Assembly: GCA_964630375.1 (NCBI GenBank)
Contig: CAZVRT010000004.1
Coordinates: 8,651-72,650 of the forward strand
DNA length: 64,000 nucleotides
Direction: 5' to 3'
Source of the DNA: an uncultured Candidatus Saccharibacteria bacterium
GTDB taxonomy: Bacteria; Patescibacteriota; Minisyncoccia; Phycocordibacterales; JAACPR01
Below are positions 46,940 through 56,579 of the stretch, in pieces. The notes under the pieces are model-generated. The model did not search any database. It saw only the letters and a program-made list of their open reading frames with translations, and was not told the origin of the DNA. The position numbers and the translations under genes were made by a program. Positions within the stretch are counted from its first letter, which is position 1; every line of letters begins with the position of its first letter.

Positions 46940-48739
46940 ATGGATTTAAAACATATTAGAAACTTTTCAATAATCGCTCACATTGACCACGGGAAGTCTA
47001 CGCTTGCTGATAGAATGCTTGAGGTTACAAAAACAGTTGATAAGCGAAAAATGCAAGATCGTGTTTTGGATAATATGGAGCTTGAAAAAGAACGAGGTAT
47101 TACTATCAAAATGCGACCAGTTCGGATGGAGTATGCATTTGAAAATCAAGACTATATTTTAAATCTTATCGATACACCTGGGCACATCGATTTTTCATAC
47201 GAAGTTTCTCGTGCGTTGAAGGCTGTTGAAGGTTCAATTCTTTTAGTTGATGCAACTCAAGGCGTGCAAGCACAAACTTTAACTACTTTAGAAACAGCAA
47301 AGCAAATGGGAGTAAAAATTATTCCTGTACTTTCAAAAGTTGATTCTCCTTTGGCAAGAATTGATGACGTTGTTAGTGAAGTTTGTGATTTGTTGGAATG
47401 TGAGCCAGATGAAGTTGTTTTGACTTCTGGAAAAACAGGTGAAGGTGTGCCGGGTTTGTTGGATGAAATTATTAAAAGAGTTCCTGCGCCGGAATCAAAT
47501 AGTTCAGATGAAAAAGATTTGCGAGCTTTGATTTTTGATTTTCAATATTCAAATCACAAAGGTGTTGTTGTTTTTGTGAGAGTGGTTGATGGTTGCGCAA
47601 AAAAGGGAATGACAATGGATTTCAAAATTGCCGGAAAGGATTTTTCAGCACTGGAAGTTGGTTTTTTCAAGCCTACAGAAGTGGCTTCAGATTCGATTCA
47701 AGCAGGGGAAATTGGCTATATAGTGACCGGTATTAAAGAGCCAGGTATTGCTTCTGTCGGAGATACAATTGTGCGTTCAGGGAGCAATTCTGAGGCAATT
47801 TCGGGGTATTCTGCGCCAAAACCGGTAGTTTGGGCTAGTATTTTCCCAGAAAGTCAGGATGATTTTGATGCTCTGAGACAAGCACTTTTAAGACTGAAAC
47901 TTTCTGACGCTTCATACACTTTTGAAGAAGAATCTTCTGGAACTTTAGGACGAGGTTTTAGATGTGGATTTTTGGGAATGCTTCACTTGGAAATTATTAC
48001 CGAAAGGCTACGAAGAGAATTTCGGTTGGAATTAATTGTGACTTTGCCTTCAATTACTTATCGAGTTTTAACAAAAAGAGGAGATTTGAAAACAATTTAT
48101 TCACCGGCACTTTTTCCGGATCATGGAGATGTTGCGGAAGTTGAAGAGCCTTGGATTTTTATGCGAATAATTACTCCGCCGGATTATGTTGGAGATATTA
48201 TGCAAATTCTTTTCAAACACGAAGCGGTGATTGGTGCGACAGAAAATTTAGGAAACAGTCGAAATGCGTTGAATGTTGAAATGCCACTTCGAGAGTTGAT
48301 GAGAAACTTTTTTGATGAAATTAAAAGTGCATCTTCTGGATACGCTTCTATTTCTTATGAGCTTGGAGAATTTAAATCCGCAAATGTGACAAAAATGGAA
48401 TTGCTTGTTGCCGAAGAACCAGTAACTGCTTTTACAAGGGTTGTGTCTGTGATGAGAATGCAAGAAGAAGCTGAGGCTATGGTTGAGCGGCTTTCAAAAA
48501 TTTTACCGAGACAAATGTTTGTGACAAAAATTCAAGCAAAAGCGATGGGAAGAATTATTTCATCAAAAACACTTTCTGCTTTAAAGAAAAACGTAACAGC
48601 TCATATGTACGGAGGAGATATTACTCGAAAAATGAAATTGCGAGAAAAGCAAAAGAAAGGAAAGAAGAAAATGCAAGAACGAGGAAAAGTGCATATCGGG
48701 CAAGATATTTTTCTAAAAATGATGAGAAACAGCGACTAG
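46940..48739 (+). CDS. lepA: Elongation factor 4 (LepA)
   Basis: IRNFSIIAHIDHGKSTLADRMLE; DTPGHIDF; unique C-terminal domain. Confidence 0.95.
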   Translation: MDLKHIRNFSIIAHIDHGKSTLADRMLEVTKTVDKRKMQDRVLDNMELEKERGITIKMRPVRMEYAFENQDYILNLIDTPGHIDFSYEVSRALKAVEGSILLVDATQGVQAQTLTTLETAKQMGVKIIPVLSKVDSPLARIDDVVSEVCDLLECEPDEVVLTSGKTGEGVPGLLDEIIKRVPAPESNSSDEKDLRALIFDFQYSNHKGVVVFVRVVDGCAKKGMTMDFKIAGKDFSALEVGFFKPTEVASDSIQAGEIGYIVTGIKEPGIASVGDTIVRSGSNSEAISGYSAPKPVVWASIFPESQDDFDALRQALLRLKLSDASYTFEEESSGTLGRGFRCGFLGMLHLEIITERLRREFRLELIVTLPSITYRVLTKRGDLKTIYSPALFPDHGDVAEVEEPWIFMRIITPPDYVGDIMQILFKHEAVIGATENLGNSRNALNVEMPLRELMRNFFDEIKSASSGYASISYELGEFKSANVTKMELLVAEEPVTAFTRVVSVMRMQEEAEAMVERLSKILPRQMFVTKIQAKAMGRIISSKTLSALKKNVTAHMYGGDITRKMKLREKQKKGKKKMQERGKVHIGQDIFLKMMRNSD

Positions 48740-48889
48740 ATTACGCTGTGTTTGTTACATGAAGAATCCAGGAGCGTAAGCAACTACCATAGAAATAATA
48801 ATCAGAATTGAAATAATTCCAAAGATTATTTTGATAGCTTTCTTGCTTTTTGGGTGAAATAAAACTGACATAGATGATATAATGCACCA

Positions 48890-49273
48890 GTGAGAGAATT
48901 TAGTCAAAAGCGGAAAATAAAGAGAATTCTTTACTCTCCTTTGGTTTTAATCATATTGTTTATTATTTTATTTTTTATCGCCAAGGGCTCTTTGGGTGTT
49001 TATAAAAAGTATTCTTTGAGTAAGGATCGATTGGAAACTTCACAAGGTGAATTAGGTGTTTTGGAAGATAAAAAAGACAACATTGTAAATAAAATTGATC
49101 GTTTGCAAACAGAAACGGGAATTGAAAAAGAAATTAGATCAAAATTTAGCGTGGCGAGAGAAGGGGAAAAGGTTATTGTAATTGTTGACGACAAGGAAAA
49201 AGAGGAGGTTGTTGTAGAAGAAGAGACAATGATGGGGAATTTTTTGACCACGATAAAAGGTTGGTTTCAATAG
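48890..49273 (+). CDS. Cell-division protein FtsB/DivIC-like (septum formation initiator family)
   Basis: N-terminal TM, coiled-coil, ...ARE.GEKVIVIVDD. C-terminal pattern. Confidence 0.5.
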   Translation: MREFSQKRKIKRILYSPLVLIILFIILFFIAKGSLGVYKKYSLSKDRLETSQGELGVLEDKKDNIVNKIDRLQTETGIEKEIRSKFSVAREGEKVIVIVDDKEKEEVVVEEETMMGNFLTTIKGWFQ

Positions 49274-49333
49274 TTGAGGTATTTTTATTATGATAAAATT
49301 ATTTCTAGTTTATTAGATAAATTTTTATAGAAA

Positions 49334-49573
49334 ATGAAAACAGTTTTAGTTTATACAACTCCAACTTGTCAGTACTGTAAAATGGCAAAAGAGTTTTTTC
49401 AAGAAAAAGGTGTAGAGTACACAGAACTTGATGTGTCAGCCGATGAAGAAAAAAGAAGTGAAATGATTGAAAAAAGTGGGCAAATGGGAGTTCCTGTTAT
49501 CGATATTGAAAATCAAATCGTTATTGGGTTTGATGAACCGAAGCTTCGAGAGCTTCTTGAAATTCAAGACTAA
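49334..49573 (+). CDS. Glutaredoxin/NrdH-like thiol-disulfide redox protein
   Basis: CxxC motif TCQYC near the N-terminus; ~79 aa thioredoxin fold; GVPVI. Confidence 0.75.
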   Translation: MKTVLVYTTPTCQYCKMAKEFFQEKGVEYTELDVSADEEKRSEMIEKSGQMGVPVIDIENQIVIGFDEPKLRELLEIQD

Positions 49574-49614
49574 TTTTAAAAACGAAAATGTGTGTTTTTA
49601 ATACACGCTGTAAA

Positions 49615-49652
49615 GCAAAAATCAGAACTTTTAAGTTCTGATTTTTGCTTTC
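49615..49652 (+). terminator. Rho-independent terminator after the glutaredoxin gene
   Basis: GCAAAAATCAGAAC-TTTTAA-GTTCTGATTTTTGC then TTTC. Confidence 0.7.
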
Positions 49653-49746
49653 AGCTAACGCTCGCCGTTTGGGACGGCTCCGCGATGTATGTAAAATACA
49701 CATTTTTATTTTTAACATTAAGTGTTAAATTACTTAAATAAAATAA

Positions 49747-49818
49747 GCCCCCGTAGTTAAATGGATATAACAATCCCGTCCTAAGGGATTATTCTGGGTT
49801 CGATTCCTGGCGAGGGCA
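49747..49818 (+). tRNA. tRNA-Arg (anticodon CCT), probable
   Basis: GCCCCCGTAGTTAAATGGATATAACAATCCCGTCCTAAGGGATTATTCTGGGTTCGATTCCTGGCGAGGGCA. T-loop GTTCGATTC. One acceptor-stem mismatch, so the identity call is tentative. Confidence 0.6.
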
Positions 49819-49863
49819 CAATTACAGATTATAGAAAGCTTAAATTTGTGTTATAATTTTGAA

Positions 49864-50187
49864 ATGTCACCAGAAGAAAAACGACTATTGGAAGAAGCAT
49901 TACTTCTTTCTCGAGAGAATAACAAAATCTTGAAAAAGATGCGGAGAGGTCAATTGATAGGAAATATTTTGGGTTCTTTAAAGTGGATTATTCTGATTAT
50001 AGTTACAATTTGGTCTTGGTTTTTGGTGCAACCATATTTCGAAAAGATGCTTCAAATGTATACACAAGTGCAAGAAGCTTCAAATTCAGTCAATAATTTA
50101 AAGCTAAATGTAGATTCTGCAATGGATGTCTCAGGGTTGCAGAAACTGATAGAAACGTTTAGAATTGGGAATCAGTCGACAGAATAG
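49864..50187 (+). CDS. Hypothetical membrane protein between two tRNA genes
   Basis: MSPEEKRLLEEALLLSRENN...; one TM (WIILIIVTIWSWFLV). Confidence 0.4.
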   Translation: MSPEEKRLLEEALLLSRENNKILKKMRRGQLIGNILGSLKWIILIIVTIWSWFLVQPYFEKMLQMYTQVQEASNSVNNLKLNVDSAMDVSGLQKLIETFRIGNQSTE

Positions 50188-50195
50188 GCTGAAAT

Positions 50196-50268
50196 GTCAG
50201 GATAGCTCAGTTGGTAGAGCATTCGCCTGAAGAGCGAAGGGTCGGCGGTTCGAGCCCGCCTCCTGACA
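50196..50268 (+). tRNA. tRNA-Phe (anticodon GAA)
   Basis: GTCAGGATAGCTCAGTTGGTAGAGCATTCGCCTGAAGAGCGAAGGGTCGGCGGTTCGAGCCCGCCTCCTGACA. Confidence 0.9.
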
Positions 50269-50335
50269 CATTTTTTAGAAAGCATGACAATTTGCAAATT
50301 GCGGAGCCGTTCCAAACGGCGAGCATTAGCGAAAA

Positions 50336-50372
50336 AGAAAAAGCGAGACGCTTGCGTCTCGCTTTTTCTTTT
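50336..50372. terminator. Bidirectional terminator (AAAAAGCGAGACGC-TTG-CGTCTCGCTTTTT)
   Basis: Lies between tRNA-Phe (+) and hsp20 (-). Confidence 0.75.
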
Positions 50373-50405
50373 ATCGCGTGTACTTACAAAATGTATTTAT
50401 TTGCA

Positions 50406-50933
50406 TTACGCTTTTTTAACAACAACCTTCGCCTTTCGATTTTTATCTAACTTAGGCAATTTCAAAGTAAGCAATCCATTTTTTTCTACTGCTTCTGCTT
50501 GATCAACATCAATTTCTTCAGGTAACAAAATATTTCTTGAAAAAGCACCCCAGAAAAGTTCTTTGTGGTAATAATTATCTTCTGTTACTTCGTATTCTTC
50601 TTCACGAGTTCCGCGGATTGTTACCATATCCCTTGAGATATCAATATCGATATCATTTGGTTTAACACCTGCAAGCATTGCTTTTACAATAATAGAATCA
50701 TCGGCATTCAAAACATCGACAGCAAGTTGTCCATCTTGTGGTGCAACTGGTCTTTCTTCAACTTCCTCAATTTCATCTTCTTCAAACTCGTCTTCGTAGA
50801 ATTTTCTCACAGGCTGTCTGTAAGATTGTCTATTGTCTCTTTCTTCAAATTCAAAATCATCAAATTCATCCGCCGGAATAACTCCAGTTAATTTTTCAAA
50901 AAATGATCTTTTTTTGTTGTTTTTTCTAAGCAT
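50406..50933 (-). CDS. Small heat-shock protein (Hsp20/alpha-crystallin domain) with an acidic N-terminal region
   Basis: Alpha-crystallin domain ..AVDVLNADDSIIVKAMLAGVKPNDIDIDISRDMVTIRG...GAFSRNILLPEEIDVDQAEAVEKNGLLTLKLPK. Confidence 0.8.
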   Translation of the reverse strand: MLRKNNKKRSFFEKLTGVIPADEFDDFEFEERDNRQSYRQPVRKFYEDEFEEDEIEEVEERPVAPQDGQLAVDVLNADDSIIVKAMLAGVKPNDIDIDISRDMVTIRGTREEEYEVTEDNYYHKELFWGAFSRNILLPEEIDVDQAEAVEKNGLLTLKLPKLDKNRKAKVVVKKA

Positions 50934-50948
50934 ATTTTAAAGAAGAAC

Positions 50949-51692
50949 TTATTGGATTTTTTCTACGAATATTTTTTTCACTCGTTCAAAAATCAAAATT
51001 ATAATTATGATAATAATCCAAACTATAGAGAAAGCTAAGAATGCGCTTTCAGCACTTTTAATTATAATTAAATTAAAGGCGGTATGCAATGCAACAGCTA
51101 GGATAAAGCTTGAGAAAACGTATATTTTTTTGACTTTGTCGCTTTTGAAATGAGAAAAAGCACGTGCTGCTCCAATAATTGAGACTGATGCGACATGAAG
51201 AAGTGTTGCGCCGATAAATCTCAGGTTTCCGGTTGTGATTGCGAGCTCTGTATCTCCAGTTAGAAGCGGACCAAAAATAAACAAAGCATTTTCAACTGCA
51301 GAAAATCCTAAAGCGGCAGTGATTAAATAAATCATGTCATCAATAGCTTCATCATTTTCGTCTCTGTTTAGTCCGCCATTTCGTGCTGCTAAATATTTGC
51401 TTAACTCTTCAATGAAAGCCCACAATAAAATCATTGTAATTCCTGCAACGGGCACTCCAATTGAATTTTCAAATAAATGATCAATATCAGCATTACCAAA
51501 AAAGAAATGATTTATAAATAATTGAATTGTTAGAGCTACTGGTGCAGCCAGCATTCCAAAAAAGAAAGTCAAAAATATCAACCTGCTAGGTTCAGGGTTT
51601 CTGCTGTCTTGTTTTAACCAAAAGAAAAGCCAAATTAAAGCGGGAATTACTCCACCTGAGATTGCAAATAATATAGTTGTTGCGTCAATCAT
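50949..51692 (-). CDS. PrsW-family intramembrane metalloprotease
   Basis: Multi-TM protein with EELSKY (EExxK), FSAVEN and HxxxN-type motifs characteristic of PrsW/CPBP proteases. Confidence 0.6.
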   Translation of the reverse strand: MIDATTILFAISGGVIPALIWLFFWLKQDSRNPEPSRLIFLTFFFGMLAAPVALTIQLFINHFFFGNADIDHLFENSIGVPVAGITMILLWAFIEELSKYLAARNGGLNRDENDEAIDDMIYLITAALGFSAVENALFIFGPLLTGDTELAITTGNLRFIGATLLHVASVSIIGAARAFSHFKSDKVKKIYVFSSFILAVALHTAFNLIIIKSAESAFLAFSIVWIIIIIIILIFERVKKIFVEKIQ

Positions 51693-53890
51693 TAGTTATC
51701 AGACAGCGGCCATTTTTTAACCATCAGCGGTGTCTTGTCTCTATTGTACGACAAAGATTGATTTATTTCTTCAGTTATAAACGGAATAAAAGGATGCAAA
51801 GCTTTCAAAAGATAATCAAACATTCGCATTAAAAGTTGCTTTCGAGATTCAATTTCAGCTTCAATATCTGTTTTGAAAATTTCTTTACTTTCCTCAAGAA
51901 TTTGATCGGCGAAAGTGTGCCATGTGAAATGATAAAGTTTTTCGCTCGCCATATATAGACGGTAGTTTTCAATATCTGTTTTTATGTCGGCAAGCGTGGC
52001 TGTAAGTTCATCAAACGGAATTTTATCTGTATCTGTCAAAGTGTAATTTTCATCATAAAGAGAATCGCCAACATTTTCTTGAACAAATCGTGCGATGTTC
52101 CAGATTTTGTTTGAGAATTTTTTATAAGCTTTGATTTTACTTTCGCTCATGTTTGAGTCAGCACCAGGACCAACGCCAACAATTAGTGCCATTCGCACCG
52201 CATCAGCTCCGTATTCCTTTGTAACATCAACTGGGTCGATAATATTTCCCAGAGACTTGCTCATTTTTCGTCCTTTTTCATCACGAATCAAACCGTGAAG
52301 ATAAACTGTTTCAAAAGGAATTTGTCCCAGATGATATGTTGTCATCAAAATCATTCGAGCAACCCAGAAGAAAATAATATCGTAACCAGTCTCAAGAACA
52401 TTTGTCGGATGATAAATTTTTAAATCTTCAGTTTCGTCTGGCCAGCCGAGTGTTGAAAAAGTCCACAATCCAGAAGAAAACCAAGTGTCTAAAGTGTCTT
52501 CGTCTTGAATCCAGTCATCGGCAGGCGCTTCAAAACCAACGAAAATTTCTTCGCCTTTATACCAAACAGGGATTCGATGTCCGTACCAAATTTGTCGTGA
52601 GATACACCAGTCATGAAGATTATCAATCCAGTTTCGGTAAATTTTTTCAAATCGGTTCGGTAAAATTTCAATTTGCTGATTTTCAACAACTTGATGCATT
52701 AGTTTTTTCAGAGTTACAGTTCCGCCGGTTGGAATTCCTTTGATTTCTGAATGTTTGATTTTGAATTCTTTATTAACATCAATCCACCATTGAAGTTTTG
52801 GAAGTGGTTCGATAATTGCGCCGGTTCTTTCAGCTGTTGAAACATTTTGTTTTACAACTTCTTCTTTTTCGATAAGACCTGCTTCGCGTAATTTTTCAAC
52901 AACAAGATTTCGAGCGTCTAAAACTTTCAGTCCTGCAAACGGAGCTGGAATTTTGTCGGTGATTTTTGCAAATTCATTTATGACTTGGATGAGTGGCAGA
53001 GAATTTTTCTTTGCAATATCAAAGTCGACGTGACTGTGAGCTGGAGTTACGCCAAGTGCACCAGTTCCAAATTCTGGATCAACATTTTCATCAGCAACAA
53101 TTTTAATTTTTAAATCAACACCAACAAAATTTACATCAAAAGTTTGATCGATGTATTGTTGATATCTCGCGTCGTCTGGATGAACTGCAACAGCTGTATC
53201 GCCAAGTTTTGTTTCAGGACGAGTTGTTGAGATTGAAATAGGGAAGTCTTGCGAATATTTAAAAGTATAAAGAGTTGCATCTCTTTCTTCGTAAATTATT
53301 TCATCATCAGAAATTGTTGTTTGACCTTTTGGATCCCAATTTACAATTCTTTCGCCGCGATAAATCAAACCGTCTTCGTACATATTTTTGAAAGCGGTAT
53401 AAACTGCACGTTCGCGAGGTTTGTCTAAAGTATATGCTTCGCGCGACCAGTCCAAAGAAGCTCCCATAGCTTTGAGTTGAGTGATGATTGTATCGTGACT
53501 TTCTTGTGCAAATTGTTCAACTCTTTTCAAAAATTCTTCACGACCCAAATCTTGTTTTCGGATTTTTTCTTTTTCCAAAATTTTTTCAACTTTTGATTGA
53601 GTGGCGATAGCGGCATGGTCTGTTCCAGGAATCCAAAGGGTTCGATAGCCATTCATTCTTTTGTATCGAATTAAAATATCTTCGATTGCAAGCATTGCCG
53701 CGTGTCCAAGGTGGAGTGTTCCGGTTACATTCGGTGGAGGAAGAACAATTGTGAAAGGCTCAGCTTCTGGGTCAGTGTATCCTTCAGCAATACATTTTTC
53801 AGGATTAAAAAGCCCTGATTCTTCCCATAATTTGTAAATTTTTTCCTCCGTTGACCCAGGTTCATATGGGCTAAGAAATTTCTCATGCAT
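51692..53890 (-). CDS. valS: Valyl-tRNA synthetase (compact, 732 aa)
   Basis: PPPNVTGTLHLGHA (HIGH), KMSKSLGN; editing CP1 region (GTDHAAIATQ). Confidence 0.9.
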   Translation of the reverse strand: MHEKFLSPYEPGSTEEKIYKLWEESGLFNPEKCIAEGYTDPEAEPFTIVLPPPNVTGTLHLGHAAMLAIEDILIRYKRMNGYRTLWIPGTDHAAIATQSKVEKILEKEKIRKQDLGREEFLKRVEQFAQESHDTIITQLKAMGASLDWSREAYTLDKPRERAVYTAFKNMYEDGLIYRGERIVNWDPKGQTTISDDEIIYEERDATLYTFKYSQDFPISISTTRPETKLGDTAVAVHPDDARYQQYIDQTFDVNFVGVDLKIKIVADENVDPEFGTGALGVTPAHSHVDFDIAKKNSLPLIQVINEFAKITDKIPAPFAGLKVLDARNLVVEKLREAGLIEKEEVVKQNVSTAERTGAIIEPLPKLQWWIDVNKEFKIKHSEIKGIPTGGTVTLKKLMHQVVENQQIEILPNRFEKIYRNWIDNLHDWCISRQIWYGHRIPVWYKGEEIFVGFEAPADDWIQDEDTLDTWFSSGLWTFSTLGWPDETEDLKIYHPTNVLETGYDIIFFWVARMILMTTYHLGQIPFETVYLHGLIRDEKGRKMSKSLGNIIDPVDVTKEYGADAVRMALIVGVGPGADSNMSESKIKAYKKFSNKIWNIARFVQENVGDSLYDENYTLTDTDKIPFDELTATLADIKTDIENYRLYMASEKLYHFTWHTFADQILEESKEIFKTDIEAEIESRKQLLMRMFDYLLKALHPFIPFITEEINQSLSYNRDKTPLMVKKWPLSDN

Positions 53891-53914
53891 TGGCTGATTT
53901 TAGCAGAAAAACCC

Positions 53915-55108
53915 TTAATTTAGAAGCATGTTTCCTTCAGCTTTTATTTCAGGACAAATTTGCGGAGTTTGGCGGAAAGATTTTATGTATCCGGCGATTG
54001 AAATCATTACTGCGTTATCGGTTGAAAGTTCGGTGGTTGGGAAGTGAGCAGATATATTTTTTTCGGTAGCGATTTGCGAAAGATTTTCTCTGATGTATTT
54101 GTTTGCAATAACTCCACCACCGACAATCAAAGAATTTGCACCAGTTTGTTCAAGAGCTTTTTTTGTTTTTGCGTTTATCACATCTACCACAGCTTGTTCG
54201 AATTCCTTTGCGATTATTTGTTTCTGTCTCTCAGTGATTTTGGCAGAAATTTTGCCGGAAGTTGCATCAGAATTTTCTTCAAGTTCTTTTATTTTATAAA
54301 GCACGGCAGTTTTCAATCCGGAAAGAGAAAAATTTAAATCAGGAGAGTGAAGCATTGGTCGAGGAAATGTGATTTGTTCGTCGGAAAGGTTTTGGTCGCG
54401 CGCAGTAAGTGCCAAACGTGAGATTTGTGGTCCTCCAGGATATTCCAAACCAATCATGCGCGCGACCTTATCATACGCTTCACCTATCGCATCATCTAAA
54501 GTCTCGCCAATCTTTTTATATTTTCCCCAAGATTCAATTTCGATTATTTCTGTGTGTCCACCAGAAATCAAAAGTGCAAGAGAAGGGAATCCCGGTTTTT
54601 CTTTTTCTGTTAATACAGAAACAATGTGTCCTTCCATGTGATTCACTGGCATAACTGGAATTTGAAAAATTTCTGAAATCGCTCGCGCAAAATTTATTCC
54701 AACCCAAAGTGCTGGCTCAAGTCCTGGTCCGCTTGTAACTGCAATCATTTCAAAATCTGGTCGTAGATTTTTTGAAACAAAGTTTTCTTCAATATAATTT
54801 TTTAAATTTTCAAAAAGTTCATATTCTCGATTTAAAATTTCTTCAATTTTTTGCCAGTTTATTTGCGGATTTTGCCACTCGATTTGCACCTGATTCTCAA
54901 AAATTTTTGCAAAAAGCGGAACTAAATTTTTTGCATGTTCTCTTTTTGCTAAAGCAGGGAAGACACCTCCATATTCTTTATGAATATCAATTTGCGAAAT
55001 TAAAGCAGTTTCTAAAACTTCAAATTTTGGTGCATCAATACCGCCATTTGCATCTAGCAAACACAAAGCCGTTTCATCGCAAGAAGTTTCAATACCTAAT
55101 ATTTTCAT
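53915..55108 (-). CDS. tsaD: tRNA N6-threonylcarbamoyladenosine synthase TsaD (Kae1/Gcp family) with an internal insertion
   Basis: MKILGIETSCDETALCLLD; HxxxH metal-binding (HMEGH). 397 aa. Confidence 0.85.
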   Translation of the reverse strand: MKILGIETSCDETALCLLDANGGIDAPKFEVLETALISQIDIHKEYGGVFPALAKREHAKNLVPLFAKIFENQVQIEWQNPQINWQKIEEILNREYELFENLKNYIEENFVSKNLRPDFEMIAVTSGPGLEPALWVGINFARAISEIFQIPVMPVNHMEGHIVSVLTEKEKPGFPSLALLISGGHTEIIEIESWGKYKKIGETLDDAIGEAYDKVARMIGLEYPGGPQISRLALTARDQNLSDEQITFPRPMLHSPDLNFSLSGLKTAVLYKIKELEENSDATSGKISAKITERQKQIIAKEFEQAVVDVINAKTKKALEQTGANSLIVGGGVIANKYIRENLSQIATEKNISAHFPTTELSTDNAVMISIAGYIKSFRQTPQICPEIKAEGNMLLN

Positions 55109-55148
55109 AGAAATGACTTTACAATTTTTTTAAATAAAAAACCACACA

Positions 55149-55613
55149 TCAGTGCGGTGGAGTCCCGAGCCTTTTCAGTCCGAGTGAATTGAGCCAGTTG
55201 TCGATGTGTTGCAGGATTTTGTTTCCGGTATTTCGAGTTCTTCGCCAACTTGAATCAACGTCGTTTGCATCTCCGTAGTACACCACATCTCTGACTTTTG
55301 GTCTCGTGTTGTAAGCTCCAAGGCAATGCTTCACAGAGTTTAATACACGGGTGATTGTTCCTTTTTCTGAGCCCATCTCTTCCAGATATCCTTGAAGCAT
55401 GCGATATGCATCACCATCCATAATTTTGGATTCCAAAACTTCTGGATCAGCCTCGCCAAATTTGTACGGTTCTTGAGAGACGAAAACTTCTCTCTTGGGT
55501 CTGAATGAAATTGAAACGCAGATTTCTTGCTTACGGGGAATCAAGTCGTGTTTCGAGCAGTAATGTTCTACCATTTCTTCAATGGCTCGCAGATGTTTTT
55601 GGTCTATATTCAT
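55149..55613 (-). CDS. Hypothetical protein in a locally GC-elevated patch
   Basis: Long ORF with a likely start at the internal Met (MNIDQKHLRAI). No recognisable domain. Confidence 0.4.
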   Translation of the reverse strand: MNIDQKHLRAIEEMVEHYCSKHDLIPRKQEICVSISFRPKREVFVSQEPYKFGEADPEVLESKIMDGDAYRMLQGYLEEMGSEKGTITRVLNSVKHCLGAYNTRPKVRDVVYYGDANDVDSSWRRTRNTGNKILQHIDNWLNSLGLKRLGTPPH

Positions 55614-55732
55614 AGTAAAGATTTCTTCAATACAATAAAACAAAAAATAAAAATGTCAAATAAAATTTGCTAGAATATTTTCTAAATCATGATAAGGTTC
55701 ATTTGAAAACAAGAACCCAAAAACATTAAATA

Positions 55733-56542
55733 ATGAAACCAAGACCCTATATCGGAATTACAGATTTCCCTACGTGGGAAACAACTCAAAGAATGATTGA
55801 TTGTTTCAAGAAAAATCAATCTGGAATACCTCACGCTTTGCACATCGGAATAATGTGCAGCTACAAAAGCTTGAATGGGCATGCAACTAAATACGACGAT
55901 GTTTGGCCTGAGTCAAAATATCTTTCAAACATTTTTCCAGTAACTGGTAGCGAGCCCGTGTTCAATTGTCTGCATTATGCCGACTATGGAACCACGCCGT
56001 ACAAAGAAACTGTAAAAACGATTGTAAAAGGATTGAATGCCTGCGGCGCTCAGTTGCACGGTCTTCAGCTGGACATGATCTGGCCCGACTTTGCAGCTAT
56101 TTGGTCAGCCTTGAGGTTGAGTTTTAACAATTCTCCGTTAAAAGTGATTCTGCAAATCAATTCTCGGGCTTTCGAAATGATGGACAACGATCCTAAAAAA
56201 GTCGTTGAAAAACTTCGCGAGTATCGAGATCTGGGACTTCTCAACTATGTTTTGCTGGATAAAAGCATGGGTAAAGGACAGCCTTTGGACGCACGGTTCA
56301 TGTTGCCATTTCTTCGGGAAATTCAGGAGCAGTTTCCGGATGTTGGGTTGGTTGTTGCTGGAGGACTTGGTCCTGATACTCTGGATTTGCTTTGTCCAAT
56401 TTTGGAGGAGTTTCCGGGTATAAGTATTGATGCGCAGGGAAGACTTCGCCCGAGCTTTGATTCCACGAAACCGATTGATTGGAATATGGCGGAAAGGTAT
56501 GTGAAAAATGCAACTGATCTTTTCCGAAAATATATTCGCTGA
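55733..56542 (+). CDS. TIM-barrel protein resembling phosphoribosylanthranilate isomerase (TrpF-like), divergent
   Basis: ..NACGAQLHGLQLD.. (compare LDAVQLHGDE) and ..LVVAGGLGPDTL...GISIDAQG.. (compare ILAGGLNPENV...GVDVSSGVE). Confidence 0.4.
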   Translation: MKPRPYIGITDFPTWETTQRMIDCFKKNQSGIPHALHIGIMCSYKSLNGHATKYDDVWPESKYLSNIFPVTGSEPVFNCLHYADYGTTPYKETVKTIVKGLNACGAQLHGLQLDMIWPDFAAIWSALRLSFNNSPLKVILQINSRAFEMMDNDPKKVVEKLREYRDLGLLNYVLLDKSMGKGQPLDARFMLPFLREIQEQFPDVGLVVAGGLGPDTLDLLCPILEEFPGISIDAQGRLRPSFDSTKPIDWNMAERYVKNATDLFRKYIR

Positions 56543-56579
56543 TTTTTGCGCTCTCTGAAATATGGGAGTTTTTATTTTA

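Noticed and set aside
54044-55110. Several 70 to 110-aa plus-strand ORFs opposite tsaD
   Set aside because: Antisense to the conserved TsaD frame; Phe/Leu/Ser-rich translations with no start context.
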